The notes: a model not told the origin generated them from the letters alone. A stretch of DNA of 64,000 nucleotides from Phycisphaerae bacterium (GCA_963675745.2 CAXXWX010000012.1:18969-82968); one strand, 5' to 3'. Shown: positions 9,998-20,590, counted from the stretch's first letter. A program made the numbers and translations.

Positions 9998-12190
9998 TTA
10001 TGGTGCCGCGCGGCGTGTCAGCCGCAGCGTCGAACCCTCGCCCCATTCGGCTCCCGTCACGCAGAGTGTCTCTCCGTCCGGGCCCGGCTGTTTGGGCGTG
10101 GCCTCGCCATCCCGTCCCACCAGTTCCGCGTTCCATACCCCCGGCGGGAGCATTATGTCCAGCGCGCCATCGCTTGTTCCTTCGACGCACGTCATCTCAA
10201 TCGTGTTTGTCGTGGCGCGTATGCGTAGAACGCGTTCGTGAAGGTGGATGCGATCAACGGTCAGTTCCGGCCAATCCGACGGAAGCCGTGGAGCAATGCG
10301 CACGCCGCCGGGTGTCGGCTCGAACCCGAGAAAACCATCCAGCATCACGGTCGGCACCATGATGCTCTCATAGAACTCGTGGTCGATACCCAGGCCGCCG
10401 GCGGTACCGCCGCCTTGCAGCGTGCCGTCGGCGGTCGCGTAGTAGGTTCGCGGGCCGCCGGCGTCCTGGACTTCGCGATACCAGGCGATGATGCTGCTCA
10501 GCCGTGCCCAGGCGTCATCGGGGCCGAGCACCTTCAGACGCGCCATCAGATCGTGATACGAGAACCCCAGGACCGCGCCACCATCCTGCACTTGTCCACC
10601 CCACGGAATCGACTCCGGCGTCGTCCAGAACCAGCCATAGTAATCGACATTGCGCCGTGTCGTGCTGCGCGGGGCGAAACGCCAATGGTAGACGTCGGCG
10701 CCCTGTGATGTGTCACCCTCGACCACGCGCGCGCCGGCGATCCAGCTCATGATGGCGGCGGCCTGCCGAGGTGTGGCGTAGTCGTAGTACACGGCTTCGA
10801 GGTTCATGAACGTGAAGCCGTAATCATGACTCCGGCCGTCATCGTCAATGCCGAGAGTGAAACGCTCGGTCGCGCTGTTCCAGAACTCGGCGTTGGCGGT
10901 CTTCACTTCTTGCGCGTGAACCTCCAGATCCTGGGGCTCAAAACGCAACGGGCCGCCCGGGATGTTCCACTCAGGATGGGTGGCGATGGCTCGTTCAAGC
11001 TCGGCCATACGCAGCAGCGTGTCGTAGTAGAGCATCGTTGCGTACGCGTCGCGTCGCCCGAACGGTAGCAGATCCCAATAGTTGCCGCCGATGCCCCGGC
11101 CGGGCAGAAGATGCTTGGTGCCGTCCGCGTCATGCCCGAGCCCGCTGCGTCCACAGTGCCCGACGAAGGGCGTCACTATGCACTTGTCCCGGCGGCCGTG
11201 ACACTCGGTCATCAGGTAACGCAGCGCCAGACGCATGCGCTGAATCTGATCACGCAGAAAACTGATATCGCGCGTCCAGCAGAAGTAGCGCTCGCAGCCC
11301 TTGACGAAGCACTGGTTGTTTACGTTGTGGCGCGTGTCGTACTGCGCGAAGAACGCCTGGATCTCAACCGTTGCACCGGGCGCGGCGTTTCCGAACTGGA
11401 TTCGCAGCGACGTGATTCGGCCGGCCCACGCCGGATGCCGATGCATGGGGATCATGGTGCAGACGAACTGATCCGATGTGACCGCCGCGAAGTACATGCG
11501 CCGCGCGGGCGAGAAGTCCGGCGCGTCGGCGGTCGTCCATTCAATGTAGGGTTGTGCGTCGCCGAGGCCCTGGGCGCGCCAGCGGAGCTGCATGAACGGG
11601 GCCTGAAGGACATCAATGTTCACGGGAGGCGGCTGAAGCGCGGCGTGCGGCGCGGTGAGCTCGACTTTCCAGGCCAGGTCGCTGATGCCGGCGTCATTGC
11701 CGTGGATCACGGTCCAGCCGTCCTGATTACGCACATGCGTGCTGTGCCAACCATCGGGCATGCCGGCCAGGGAAAAGTGCCAGCCCCAGGCCCCGTCACC
11801 ACCCTGGCACCAGAACGGGAACGGCCAGCCCTGCTGATGGGCGATTGAGGCGTGTTGATGCGTGGCCACGTAGCCCTCGGCGTCGATGATCCGGCCGCGC
11901 AGCGCGTCGCGCCAGCGCCGGCGCAAGCTGTCCATCCGTTTGTCAGTCGCCACCGCCGGCCAGAGCGTTGGATCGGCGAGCCACGCATCCCACAGGGTCG
12001 CCTTCGGCCCGCCGCGCGCGTAGTGCTCCCAGTACAGGTCGCGCAGGCCGGCCATCGCCTGGTCGAAGCCGGGAACGACGAAGCGCGGGAAGTCCGCCGG
12101 CGGCCCGGCGGTATCCGCAGAGGTCCGAATCGAGCCGCCGCCGACAATCACGATGACGGTGGCGACATATGCGCAGGCGTTCAAACGCAC
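9998..12190 (-). CDS. secreted hypothetical protein, probable (alpha/alpha)6 glycoside hydrolase-like
   Basis: 730-aa ORF with signal peptide; the C-terminus (LDGFLGFEP..IAPRLPSDW) resembles the tails of six-hairpin glycosidases. Confidence 0.55.
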   Translation of the reverse strand: MRLNACAYVATVIVIVGGGSIRTSADTAGPPADFPRFVVPGFDQAMAGLRDLYWEHYARGGPKATLWDAWLADPTLWPAVATDKRMDSLRRRWRDALRGRIIDAEGYVATHQHASIAHQQGWPFPFWCQGGDGAWGWHFSLAGMPDGWHSTHVRNQDGWTVIHGNDAGISDLAWKVELTAPHAALQPPPVNIDVLQAPFMQLRWRAQGLGDAQPYIEWTTADAPDFSPARRMYFAAVTSDQFVCTMIPMHRHPAWAGRITSLRIQFGNAAPGATVEIQAFFAQYDTRHNVNNQCFVKGCERYFCWTRDISFLRDQIQRMRLALRYLMTECHGRRDKCIVTPFVGHCGRSGLGHDADGTKHLLPGRGIGGNYWDLLPFGRRDAYATMLYYDTLLRMAELERAIATHPEWNIPGGPLRFEPQDLEVHAQEVKTANAEFWNSATERFTLGIDDDGRSHDYGFTFMNLEAVYYDYATPRQAAAIMSWIAGARVVEGDTSQGADVYHWRFAPRSTTRRNVDYYGWFWTTPESIPWGGQVQDGGAVLGFSYHDLMARLKVLGPDDAWARLSSIIAWYREVQDAGGPRTYYATADGTLQGGGTAGGLGIDHEFYESIMVPTVMLDGFLGFEPTPGGVRIAPRLPSDWPELTVDRIHLHERVLRIRATTNTIEMTCVEGTSDGALDIMLPPGVWNAELVGRDGEATPKQPGPDGETLCVTGAEWGEGSTLRLTRRAAP

Positions 12191-12333
12191 GATTGATCTC
12201 CGGATTGACCGTTGACGTGGTCTCTCAAGCTGAACGCATCATATCCAGGTGGCGCCGGCTTCTCGCCTGCGACGCCCGGTGTTGCTGGGGGCTTGATACT
12301 TCGTTGCCGATTGGCAGCCCGAAGGAACGTCGC

Positions 12334-14526
12334 CTATTCGCTGTCGGGGCGCGGCTTCTCATGCGGTGGCTGAGGTGTTGCCGCGACCTCGGCCAGTTTC
12401 TTCCGCGGCTTCAATTTCTTGTCGGCCAAGCCGGGGAAGTCCGCGGCGTACCGGAAACTGCAGAAAATCCCGCCCGGTCCGCCCGGTCCGCCCGGCCCAC
12501 CCGGTCCGGCACCTGGTCCATCTGGCCCGGGGGCGCCAGGTCTGCCACCTGGTCCGCCAGGGCCTCGACGATCATCGCGCCGACGCGTGCCATCAGCGCC
12601 ATCTCCACCAGGAGGGCCAAAACCGCCCGGCGGCCCGAAGCCCGGTGGAGGACCGGCCCCGGGGCCTCGTTTGAAGAACTCCTCCCCTTCCTTCAGTTGC
12701 GCCTTCTGCCGTTCGGTCCAGATCTTCCCGAGCTGCTCGTCCACATGTTGCTGTATCTGCTCAAGCTCGGCGCGCTGGGTTTCAGACAGCGCCAGCTTGT
12801 CCGCCAGGACCTCCGGGATCACCGTGCCGAGATGCGGCGGCTGGAAGCCTCCAGAACCTGGGCCGCGCGGCCTGCGGGGCCGATTCCGGGGCGGTTCATG
12901 TTGCCGGCCAGGCCCGCCGGGACCGCCGAACATGAGTTTCATGGGGTCTTCGAGTTTACGCCGTTGTTCATCGGTCAACAGGCGCGCCAGCTTCGCATCG
13001 ACCTCTGACTGCAACTTCTCGATCGACTGCTTCTGTGAATCCGTCACCATCAAGACATGCTGAAGGAATTCCGGCACCAGCTCACCAGGGCGTGGCATGC
13101 CGCCGGGCCCGCCGGGGTTTCCGCCGCCGGGGTGTTGATACTGCCAGACGATCTCGCCGTCCGGCGTGACTTCGAAAAGCCGAGCCTGGTTGCCCGAACA
13201 GATGAGCGTGTTCCCATTCGGCAGACGTTGGGCGCCGGAAATCAACATCGAGAAGAAGTCCGACTTTTTCGGAGCCGTGTATGACCATGTCGCTTGGTCG
13301 GGGGCAAACGGGGTGTTCTGCTTGTGGTAGGCACCGTCTGCGCCGATCGGCGTCTCAATCTCGTCGACCGACGAGTACATTCCGTCGGTCCGTCCGCCAC
13401 CGTTGTTGAAGACGAGCACGTGGCCGGCTCCCGGCAAACCGTCGTCGATCCAATGGGCCGAGTGTTGAGCGAACAACCGCTGATCGGATCGCGAACCCTG
13501 GCGGTATGCCTGCGGATTGCCCCAGCGATACAGCAGATCTCCGCCCTTGCCGCTGCGGCCGCCCTGGTGGGATGCCGCCTCGGCTGTTGTCGTGCTGTGA
13601 TCGATCACCCAGATTTCACTGAACTCATGCACGCTGATCATGATCTGATCGAGCGCGGGGTTGTATGCGACGAAATTCACATGCATCCAGTCGCCCCCTC
13701 CCGGTCCACCGCCGTTGCGTCCGCGCTGATCCTGCGCAGGCTCATCGTCGTCAGCGTCACCGCCGACGTAGCCCAGAGAGCGCAACTTCCTTAGCTGCAC
13801 AGGATCCTGCATCATGCGGTCCATCATGCCGGAGCCGAAGTTGACATCGATCAACTCGGGATGTTCGGGCACATCGCCGAAGTTGGGCCTGGTCTCGTCG
13901 ATATCCTGAATCAGGTGATCCCAGGCGTGCCAGCGCCAGACAATCTCGCCGGTGGTCCTGCCGGTCGGCTTTATCTCAAGCACGCACTCCGCGAGCATTT
14001 GAGAGTCGACCGAATCCGGCCAGCGTCCGGCCGCAATGGCCTCGTCCTTCGTCTTTGGGTCGGACGCGACGACCAGCGTGTTTCCGTTAGGCAGCCGGCA
14101 GATGTCGTGGTGCGGGCGGAGCTTGCTGTCGGCGAAGCGGTAGTCCCAGACCAGCTCACCCTCCCAGGTGAACTCCTGGATGCGACCACCGGCGCCGGGG
14201 CCGCCGCCGCCGAGTCCGTGTTCGGCGGCGGGTCGCAGCAGATTTCCGTTGTCGAGCAGGTACGCGCTGAGGGCGGGCGAGTATTCACTCTTCCACTCGT
14301 TGACAATCCGGCCCTCCATATCGATCAGATACGTGGAGGTTGCGTTCATGGGAGCCACCAGCGTGTATCCCTGGAATGCGGCCGGGGCGTTGACGGTTAC
14401 GCCGTCCCGCTCGTCTTCAGGCTGATTGCCGTTTGGCTGTAGCGCCGCTGTCCGTGGCGAAAGCGGCACGGCCACCACCAGGAGCATGAGCGCGGGAAAG
14501 ACGGCGAAACTGTCCAGGAGCTTCAT
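12334..14526 (-). CDS. arylsulfotransferase (ASST)-like beta-propeller protein with Gly/Pro-rich C-terminus
   Basis: GYTLVAP, HHDICRLPNGN, DWMHVN, GDLLYRWGNP, QHSAHWI and SGAQRLPNGNTLIC motifs; GPGG repeats; RBS GGAG before the ATG at 14526. Confidence 0.8.
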   Translation of the reverse strand: MKLLDSFAVFPALMLLVVAVPLSPRTAALQPNGNQPEDERDGVTVNAPAAFQGYTLVAPMNATSTYLIDMEGRIVNEWKSEYSPALSAYLLDNGNLLRPAAEHGLGGGGPGAGGRIQEFTWEGELVWDYRFADSKLRPHHDICRLPNGNTLVVASDPKTKDEAIAAGRWPDSVDSQMLAECVLEIKPTGRTTGEIVWRWHAWDHLIQDIDETRPNFGDVPEHPELIDVNFGSGMMDRMMQDPVQLRKLRSLGYVGGDADDDEPAQDQRGRNGGGPGGGDWMHVNFVAYNPALDQIMISVHEFSEIWVIDHSTTTAEAASHQGGRSGKGGDLLYRWGNPQAYRQGSRSDQRLFAQHSAHWIDDGLPGAGHVLVFNNGGGRTDGMYSSVDEIETPIGADGAYHKQNTPFAPDQATWSYTAPKKSDFFSMLISGAQRLPNGNTLICSGNQARLFEVTPDGEIVWQYQHPGGGNPGGPGGMPRPGELVPEFLQHVLMVTDSQKQSIEKLQSEVDAKLARLLTDEQRRKLEDPMKLMFGGPGGPGRQHEPPRNRPRRPRGPGSGGFQPPHLGTVIPEVLADKLALSETQRAELEQIQQHVDEQLGKIWTERQKAQLKEGEEFFKRGPGAGPPPGFGPPGGFGPPGGDGADGTRRRDDRRGPGGPGGRPGAPGPDGPGAGPGGPGGPGGPGGIFCSFRYAADFPGLADKKLKPRKKLAEVAATPQPPHEKPRPDSE

Positions 14527-14877
14527 CCTATTCTCCGAGGTTGGGTAAGATGCGCGGCAAGCGCATGGCTTGACTGCGCCCTCACCAGGAACACACGCAC
14601 GGATCAACGATCCGCTCACTTGCCAAACCTGCGCAACCGCTCAGATTCGTCACCGCCGGAACTCGCCGAATTGTCGGCGCCAGGTTCCGTTTGAGCAATG
14701 AGGCTCGCGATTCTCTATTCATACCAGAAGAACATGAAGCGAACGTGAATCCCGGTGTCGAATGGGGCAATGACACCGATCGAACGCCGCTATCGCCGCT
14801 CGCCAGGTCGGCGATTGTGTGCGCCAGGGTCTCGCGCGGCACGGCGCTGCCTTGGATGACATCAGATCGCGTTGCGC

Positions 14878-16329
14878 TCACCTGCGGGCACCGTTGCCCC
14901 GAACGGATTGCCCCCGGCGCAAGCGGCGGAACGCCTCGGTGACGAGCTTGCGCGTGTGCCGGTGGTCCACGATCGGGCGGGGATACTCGATGCCTTTCGA
15001 AGGTCGCTCGGGGAGTTGATGGAGCTGGTCGGCGGTCAATCCCGCCAGCTCGGGGACAAACCGTCGGGTGAAGTCACCCTCCGGGTCGTAGCGGCGGCTC
15101 TGGCTGGAGGGGTTGAACACGCGGAAGTAGGGTGCCGCGTCGGTGCCGGTCGAGGCCGACCATTGCCAGCCGCCGTTGTTGCTGGCGAAATCGCCGTCCA
15201 CCAGGTGCCGCATGAAGTGCCGTTCGCCCAAGCGCCAGTCGATGAACAGATCCTTGGTAAGGAACATCGCGGCGATCATCCGCAGCCGGTTGTGCATCCA
15301 ACCGGTCTGGGCCAGTTGCCGCATCCCGGCATCCACAATCGGGTACCCGGTCCGTCCCGCGCACCAGGCGGCGAAGTGCTCGTCGTCGTAACGCCACGGC
15401 AGACCGTCCGTTTCCGTTTTGAAGGGCCGGCCCATGCACACGCGGGGAAAGCCGATCAGTACGTGCCGGTAGAACTCGCGCCAAGCCAGCTCGCTGATCC
15501 AGGTTGTCATGCCCTGCTGGCCCGAGTCGAGCCGGCCGTGGTTGGCGTCGAGGGCTGCGCGCAGGCATTGTCTGGGCGACAACACACCGGCGGCCAGGTA
15601 GGGCGAGAGTGTGCTGGTGCCGTCAACACCCGGATAATCGCGGGCCACGTGATAGTCGCCGATTCTCCGCGAGACGAAGGCCGTGAGTCGCTTGCGGGCC
15701 ACCGCCTCGCCTGCCGGCCACAGGTCGGCACGACGCTGACCGGTGAACCCCCTGAGTCTGGCTGGAACGGCGTCGGGTTTGATCCCGAGATCCTGTCGGC
15801 GGCGCGGCGTCGGCCGGAGTGGCGGTGTTCCTCCTTCGTTCAGGACCTCACACCACTTGCGTCTGAATGGCGTGAACACCGTGTACCAGCCGCCGGCCTT
15901 GGTGCGCAAGCTACCGACGTTAACAATGATCTGGTCGGTGAATGCGTGAACGCTCCGGCCGCACTTCTCAAACAAGGTTGTGGCCGCGCGGTCACGTTGC
16001 AGCTCGTTGACCTCATACTCCCTGTTGAAGTACAGGGCTTCGCAAGCGTGTCGTCTGGCGAGGTTGAGGAGCTTGCTCGGAACCTCGTCGAAACGATCGG
16101 CCCGGATGAGTCGGAGAGGGATGTTGAGTTCAGCAAGGGCCTTTGACAACGCGCTGACGCTGCGCAGCACGAAGTCCACCTTCATACAACCCCAGTCGTG
16201 ATCGGCCCACTGCGCGGGGCAGATCGCGAAGACGGCGATGACACCCTCATTCGCGGCCTTGCAGGCATGGTGCAGAGCCGTATTGTCCCGCACGCGCAAG
16301 TCAGATCGAAACCACATCAGGGCCCGCAT
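14878..16329 (-). CDS. phrB: deoxyribodipyrimidine photolyase (class I CPD type)
   Basis: WFRSDLRVRDN, GTSTLSPYL, ELAWREFY, TGYPIVDAGMRQL, GWMHNRLRM, NNGGWQW and FRVFNP motifs. Confidence 0.95.
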   Translation of the reverse strand: MRALMWFRSDLRVRDNTALHHACKAANEGVIAVFAICPAQWADHDWGCMKVDFVLRSVSALSKALAELNIPLRLIRADRFDEVPSKLLNLARRHACEALYFNREYEVNELQRDRAATTLFEKCGRSVHAFTDQIIVNVGSLRTKAGGWYTVFTPFRRKWCEVLNEGGTPPLRPTPRRRQDLGIKPDAVPARLRGFTGQRRADLWPAGEAVARKRLTAFVSRRIGDYHVARDYPGVDGTSTLSPYLAAGVLSPRQCLRAALDANHGRLDSGQQGMTTWISELAWREFYRHVLIGFPRVCMGRPFKTETDGLPWRYDDEHFAAWCAGRTGYPIVDAGMRQLAQTGWMHNRLRMIAAMFLTKDLFIDWRLGERHFMRHLVDGDFASNNGGWQWSASTGTDAAPYFRVFNPSSQSRRYDPEGDFTRRFVPELAGLTADQLHQLPERPSKGIEYPRPIVDHRHTRKLVTEAFRRLRRGQSVRGNGARR

Positions 16330-16461
16330 GTCTCAGCTACTCCGAAGGGGATGCACGAGCTTGCCCTTCGGCCGGCGGCGCAGGCGTCGGGCGCGGGCAC
16401 CCAGGGTGTGTGCTGACTCGCCTGCAAGTTCGACCATCGAAACGCCATCCAGCCGGCTCGA

Positions 16462-17781
16462 TTATTCAACCTCGGGCAGCGTCGCGCCGGTGGCGACGCC
16501 GAGAAGCCCGCAAACTGACAACAGCAGGATAATCCCCGCGGGCGTGATGATGATGCTGAGCGGGGCCAGCACCGCGGTCATGAGCAGGATGACGCCGATC
16601 ACCGTGTTGCTGACCGCCACGTAGTCGGTGCGGCGGTTGCCGCCGGCCATGTCCACGACGTATGTTTTGCGTCCGAGCCGCACACCGCTGTGGGCGATCC
16701 CCAACAGGAAGAACGCCGCGGGGTAGGTCCAGACGGAATCGCGCAGCGGAGAATCAAAGGTGGCAACCGCGGCGACCACCAGCCCGACGACGGCCGCCCA
16801 CGCCGACGCGACCAACAGCACGCGCCGGCTGGAAACGTCGGCCCAGATGCCCCAGAACGAGGCGCTGAGGCTCGCGGCCAGCGCGTTGGCCAGCACAAAC
16901 CAGCCGAGCGAGGCAAGGTCAAGTCCATGCCGCTGCTGAGCAAGCACCACGTAGTACGGAGCTGACAAGGCGGAACAGAGCAGCAGGGCGCGGGTAATGA
17001 CGAACCTGCGGAACTGGCGATCGGTTCGCAAGAGGTCCAGCCGTTTGAGCGCCTCGGAGAATGCGTTGCCGCCGCCTGCGGTTTCGCCGGCGAACTCCCT
17101 GATGTTGCCGTACACCAGCGCCGCCAGGAACCACAGGGCGGCCGCCGTGCTGAGCAGGGTGAAGTAGAACATCGGCGAGTCGGAGCCGGGCGCGCGCGTT
17201 CCCAGATAAAGTCCGAGCAGAATCGCCGCCAGTCCCGAGATGGTCGCCCCCAGTCCGCTGACCCGACCGCGGCGCGTCTTCGGGATTGTCTTGCCGAGCA
17301 CGTCTTTGGAGGCAACCGAGTTCAGCCCGCGCGAGAGACTGAACACCGCCAGCAGCAGGACGATTAGCCAACCCGCCGTCGCCCCCGTCGAGACGGCCGC
17401 GACCACGCCGATGCCCAGTACAGCCAGCGCCTGGAGCACGCTGCCGATTACCCAGACCGTCTTTCGCTTGGGCATGCGGCGGACAAAGCTGGCGATAAAC
17501 AGTTGAGGGACCAGTGACCCGGATTCTCGAAGGGGCACCAGGAATGCAACCAGCGCGCTCGGCGCTCCGACAAAGCCCAGCAGCCAGGTCAGCACGGTTT
17601 TGGGGTTCGCCAGATGATCTCCCAGGTTGCTCAACGTCTGGCAGATGGCGATGAGATAGAAGTTGCGCGGTACGTACCGGCAAGCGTCCTCCGAGATATC
17701 CGTGCAGACCCGGGCGTCTTCCTCACTGGCAATCGCCTCGTAGGTCCGATCACGCCGGCTTGGTCCAGTTGCTAGTTCCAT
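16462..17781 (-). CDS. MFS transporter
   Basis: About 12 hydrophobic segments; KDVLGKTIPKTRRG and RLGRKTYVVDMA motifs. Confidence 0.85.
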   Translation of the reverse strand: MELATGPSRRDRTYEAIASEEDARVCTDISEDACRYVPRNFYLIAICQTLSNLGDHLANPKTVLTWLLGFVGAPSALVAFLVPLRESGSLVPQLFIASFVRRMPKRKTVWVIGSVLQALAVLGIGVVAAVSTGATAGWLIVLLLAVFSLSRGLNSVASKDVLGKTIPKTRRGRVSGLGATISGLAAILLGLYLGTRAPGSDSPMFYFTLLSTAAALWFLAALVYGNIREFAGETAGGGNAFSEALKRLDLLRTDRQFRRFVITRALLLCSALSAPYYVVLAQQRHGLDLASLGWFVLANALAASLSASFWGIWADVSSRRVLLVASAWAAVVGLVVAAVATFDSPLRDSVWTYPAAFFLLGIAHSGVRLGRKTYVVDMAGGNRRTDYVAVSNTVIGVILLMTAVLAPLSIIITPAGIILLLSVCGLLGVATGATLPEVE

Positions 17782-19288
17782 CGATCATCTCGCAGAGTGA
17801 CAACCAGCCGACTTTTCGGCAGCGCGGCGAATTCCCTCTGAGCATGCCTTCGAACACAAGACCGTGCATCGGCATCACGGCGTACCAATACGCCAAACCC
17901 ATCAGCCCCCGCGGCTTGAAGCGCGCCGTTTGCGTCAGCCTGCACGCTTCGGTGTCACGCTCATCAGGGCATATCTCGAAACTTAGCAGCGCCTCGCCGG
18001 GCAGTTTCATCTCGGCCCGTAGTTCGAGGCGCCGACCGGGCTCAACTCCGGTCACGCGCCAGAAATCCAGCGCCTCGCCGTACCAGAGTCGTTCAGAGTC
18101 GCGCCGGCCGCGGCGCAGGCCCGGGCCGCCAACGAGTCGGTCGATCCAGCCGCGCAGGCGCCACAACCAATCGGCCGCGTAGTAGCCGTGATCGCCTCCG
18201 ATTCTGGACACGGTGCAGTATACGTCCTCCGGTCGCGCATTCACGCCGGTTGAGCGACGGTCGACAAAGACCGTACCGCCCGACCAGTCGGGATCGCCGG
18301 ACATCGGTCCCGCGTCGGACCACGCCGTCTCGATGTGGTGGGCGCGCGTATTGCCCAGAGCGGCGTCGATAGCTTCGCGGATCGTCAGCAGGCGTTGCGG
18401 CATCAGACGAACCGCCGAATCATCCCGGCAGACCACGCGATTGCGCAGACCCTCTGCCAGCGGGCGCGCGATCCGATGGCTGATCGGCGTCACCAGGTGG
18501 ATCCAGAGCGAGCTTAGTCGCGGCGTCAGGACCGGCACCGGGATAATGACGCGCCGGCGCACGCCGAGTGCCTGGGCCATGACCTGCATGATCTCGCGGT
18601 AGGTCATCACTTCGGCGCCGCCGATGTCAATGGTGTTGCCCACGGTGTCCGGGCAATTCAGGCAGGCAACCAGGTAGTGCAGGACATTCTGAATCGCGAT
18701 CGGTTGTGACGCGGTGCTGACCCAGCGGGGCGTTATCATCACGGGCAGCCGTTCCACCAGGTATCGCAGAATTTCGAACGAGGCCGAACCGGAGCCGATG
18801 ATCATCGCCGCGCGCAAGACCGTTACCGGCACCGGCCCCGACGCCAGCGCGTTTTCGACCTCGCGCCGAGAGGCAAGATGTTCGCTGAGTCCCTGACCAG
18901 TCTCGCCCAGCCCGCCGAGGTAGATGATGCGATCCAGGCGCGCTTTCGCCGCAGCCTCAGCGAATGTCGTCGCCAACCTGCGGTCGTGTTCACGATAATT
19001 ATGGCCGGCGGCCATCATCGAGTGGACCAGGTAGTACGCCGCACCGCATCCTGTCATAGCCTCGGCGAGCGCTTGCCGATCGCTGACATCGCAGCGCACT
19101 ACCTCGACGTTGGTGTCGCCAATCCACTCGCGCGAATCCAGCTTACGCGGCTCGCGTGCCAGGCAACGGACGCGATGCCCGGCCGCCAGCAGCCGCGCGA
19201 CAAGTCGTCCGCCGATGTAGCCGCTGGCACCGGTCACAAGGACCGGCCTCTGTCCACGATCGGCGTTCGCATCGGCGTTTGTCATCAT
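17750..19288 (-). CDS. YbjT-like atypical SDR / NAD(P)-binding protein with DUF2867 C-terminal domain
   Basis: VLVTGASGYIGG, YYLVHSM, HLASRREVE, GSGSASFE, LDFWRV, AEMKLPG. A probable 1-nt insertion near 17833 gives a corrected end GMLRGIRRAAEKSAGCHSAR* with the stop at 17785. Confidence 0.88.
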   Translation of the reverse strand: MMTNADANADRGQRPVLVTGASGYIGGRLVARLLAAGHRVRCLAREPRKLDSREWIGDTNVEVVRCDVSDRQALAEAMTGCGAAYYLVHSMMAAGHNYREHDRRLATTFAEAAAKARLDRIIYLGGLGETGQGLSEHLASRREVENALASGPVPVTVLRAAMIIGSGSASFEILRYLVERLPVMITPRWVSTASQPIAIQNVLHYLVACLNCPDTVGNTIDIGGAEVMTYREIMQVMAQALGVRRRVIIPVPVLTPRLSSLWIHLVTPISHRIARPLAEGLRNRVVCRDDSAVRLMPQRLLTIREAIDAALGNTRAHHIETAWSDAGPMSGDPDWSGGTVFVDRRSTGVNARPEDVYCTVSRIGGDHGYYAADWLWRLRGWIDRLVGGPGLRRGRRDSERLWYGEALDFWRVTGVEPGRRLELRAEMKLPGEALLSFEICPDERDTEACRLTQTARFKPRGLMGLAYWYAVMPMHGLVFEGMLRGNSPRCRKVGWLSLCEMIDGTSNWTKPA

Positions 19289-19417
19289 GCGTTTGATCCC
19301 GGCCGCCTGGGCGGGACAGCGTGTCAGAAGAGCCAAGTTCCCTGCTGGTCTGATTGCGCGGCAGCCATTGCTCGTCTCGACGCATCCATGCCGCGTTTGA
19401 AGGCTATTCCAAGGGCA

Positions 19418-20341
19418 TCAAGCGGATGCGGGGGGGCTGTTTGTGATCACTACGTTCCGGCGCCGGCCGCCAAAAAGCCGGTTCTGCAGCGCCGTCCATA
19501 GCGCGGAACTCCCGAGGTTGTCGACAAACTCGAGCATCAGGATGCTCACGTCGTCGTGCTGTAGCCGGGGGTCGTTCGAGTGCTGGCGCAGCTCTTCAAT
19601 GATCGCCGGCACCAGGACCTGGGGCGCACGATCGGGCGTGGCCTTCAGGATATCGGCGAGACGCCTTCGACCGAACAACTCGCCAGTCTTGTCGGGGACC
19701 TCCAGGACTCCATCCGTGATTATGAGTATCCGATCGCCGAATGCCGCGCGCCGCACGCATCGCGTGTAGCGTGTTCGCGGGTCGGCGGCCAGGACGATAT
19801 CGAACAGTCCTTTCCGCGGGACAGGTTCGAGTAGTGACCAGCATCGCGCCGCCGCCTCGTAGTACCAGGCCGGCTCATGTCCGGCGTAGCTGATCGACAT
19901 TCGTCGAGTGGGCGGGAAGTACGTGAGCGCGGCGGCCGTCGTGAATGACCCGTTGTCGAGTTTCGACAGGCGGAGATTCAATTGTCGCAGGACCTTGCGT
20001 TCGTCCATGCGGTTTACGGAGCGCCGCAGCAGATCGTGCATGGTCTGGCTGATGACGGCCACGCTCTCGCCGTGTCCGGTGACATCTGCAAGGCACGCCC
20101 GTGAGATCAGGCCCGAGCCACAGACGGAGAGATAGTGTACGTCGCCGCCCCGCGCACCCTCACAGGACTGCGAGAACAGCACGCCGCGCAGGCCGGGCAG
20201 TTCGATCGGGCCGTCGAAAGTCTGGTTGCCGCCCCAGACTTCGTTGCAGACGAGCCCCACCGATTCACCACCCATTTGCAAGGGGCCGCCGACTGGCACA
20301 GTCGCTTTACCTGGGTCGGGAGCTTCGCTCATTTGAGCCAT
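19418..20341 (-). CDS. stand-alone PP2C/SpoIIE-family Ser/Thr phosphatase
   Basis: GGDVHY, LADVTGHG, YAGHEP, ITDGVLE and DDVSIL metal-binding motifs; no N-terminal sensor domain. Confidence 0.88.
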   Translation of the reverse strand: MAQMSEAPDPGKATVPVGGPLQMGGESVGLVCNEVWGGNQTFDGPIELPGLRGVLFSQSCEGARGGDVHYLSVCGSGLISRACLADVTGHGESVAVISQTMHDLLRRSVNRMDERKVLRQLNLRLSKLDNGSFTTAAALTYFPPTRRMSISYAGHEPAWYYEAAARCWSLLEPVPRKGLFDIVLAADPRTRYTRCVRRAAFGDRILIITDGVLEVPDKTGELFGRRRLADILKATPDRAPQVLVPAIIEELRQHSNDPRLQHDDVSILMLEFVDNLGSSALWTALQNRLFGGRRRNVVITNSPPASA

Positions 20342-20563
20342 CCTTCGCGTTACAATCCCGCCCGCAGCGTTCGCGTGCGGATATCGACGGCGTTGCGCGG
20401 CGCCCCATCCGGTGCGACTGGAACGGTCCGTTGCCGGGCCCTGACCGCGCCGGCCGGCGAGGCATCCTCAACATCGGCTGGTGTAATGATACGGGGCCAC
20501 CTGCCACTTGGGCAGGTGGCGTTCGCCTCAATCCCAACCGGCGAGCCCGTATCTAACAGGCTA

Positions 20564-20590
20564 TTCGCCCGGGCGATGACTCTGGATTCA
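20564..20590 (-). promoter_or_regulatory. putative SigK-type ECF promoter, copy 1 (drives PP2C-SDR-MFS-phrB)
   Basis: Minus strand reads TGAATCC-agagtcatcgcccgg(15)-GCGAA with an A/T tract upstream; same motif and spacing as 24641 and 27508. Confidence 0.72.

Noticed and set aside
14872..16146. Long antisense ORFs (e.g. 14872-16146 plus, 30937-32223 minus, 5296-6582 minus)
   Set aside because: Shadow ORFs opposite well-supported genes, as expected in high-GC DNA; no recognisable motifs.
19404..19430. Possible internal promoter (minus strand GCATCC..GGAA) upstream of the SDR gene
   Set aside because: Spacing and both boxes deviate from the three clean copies.
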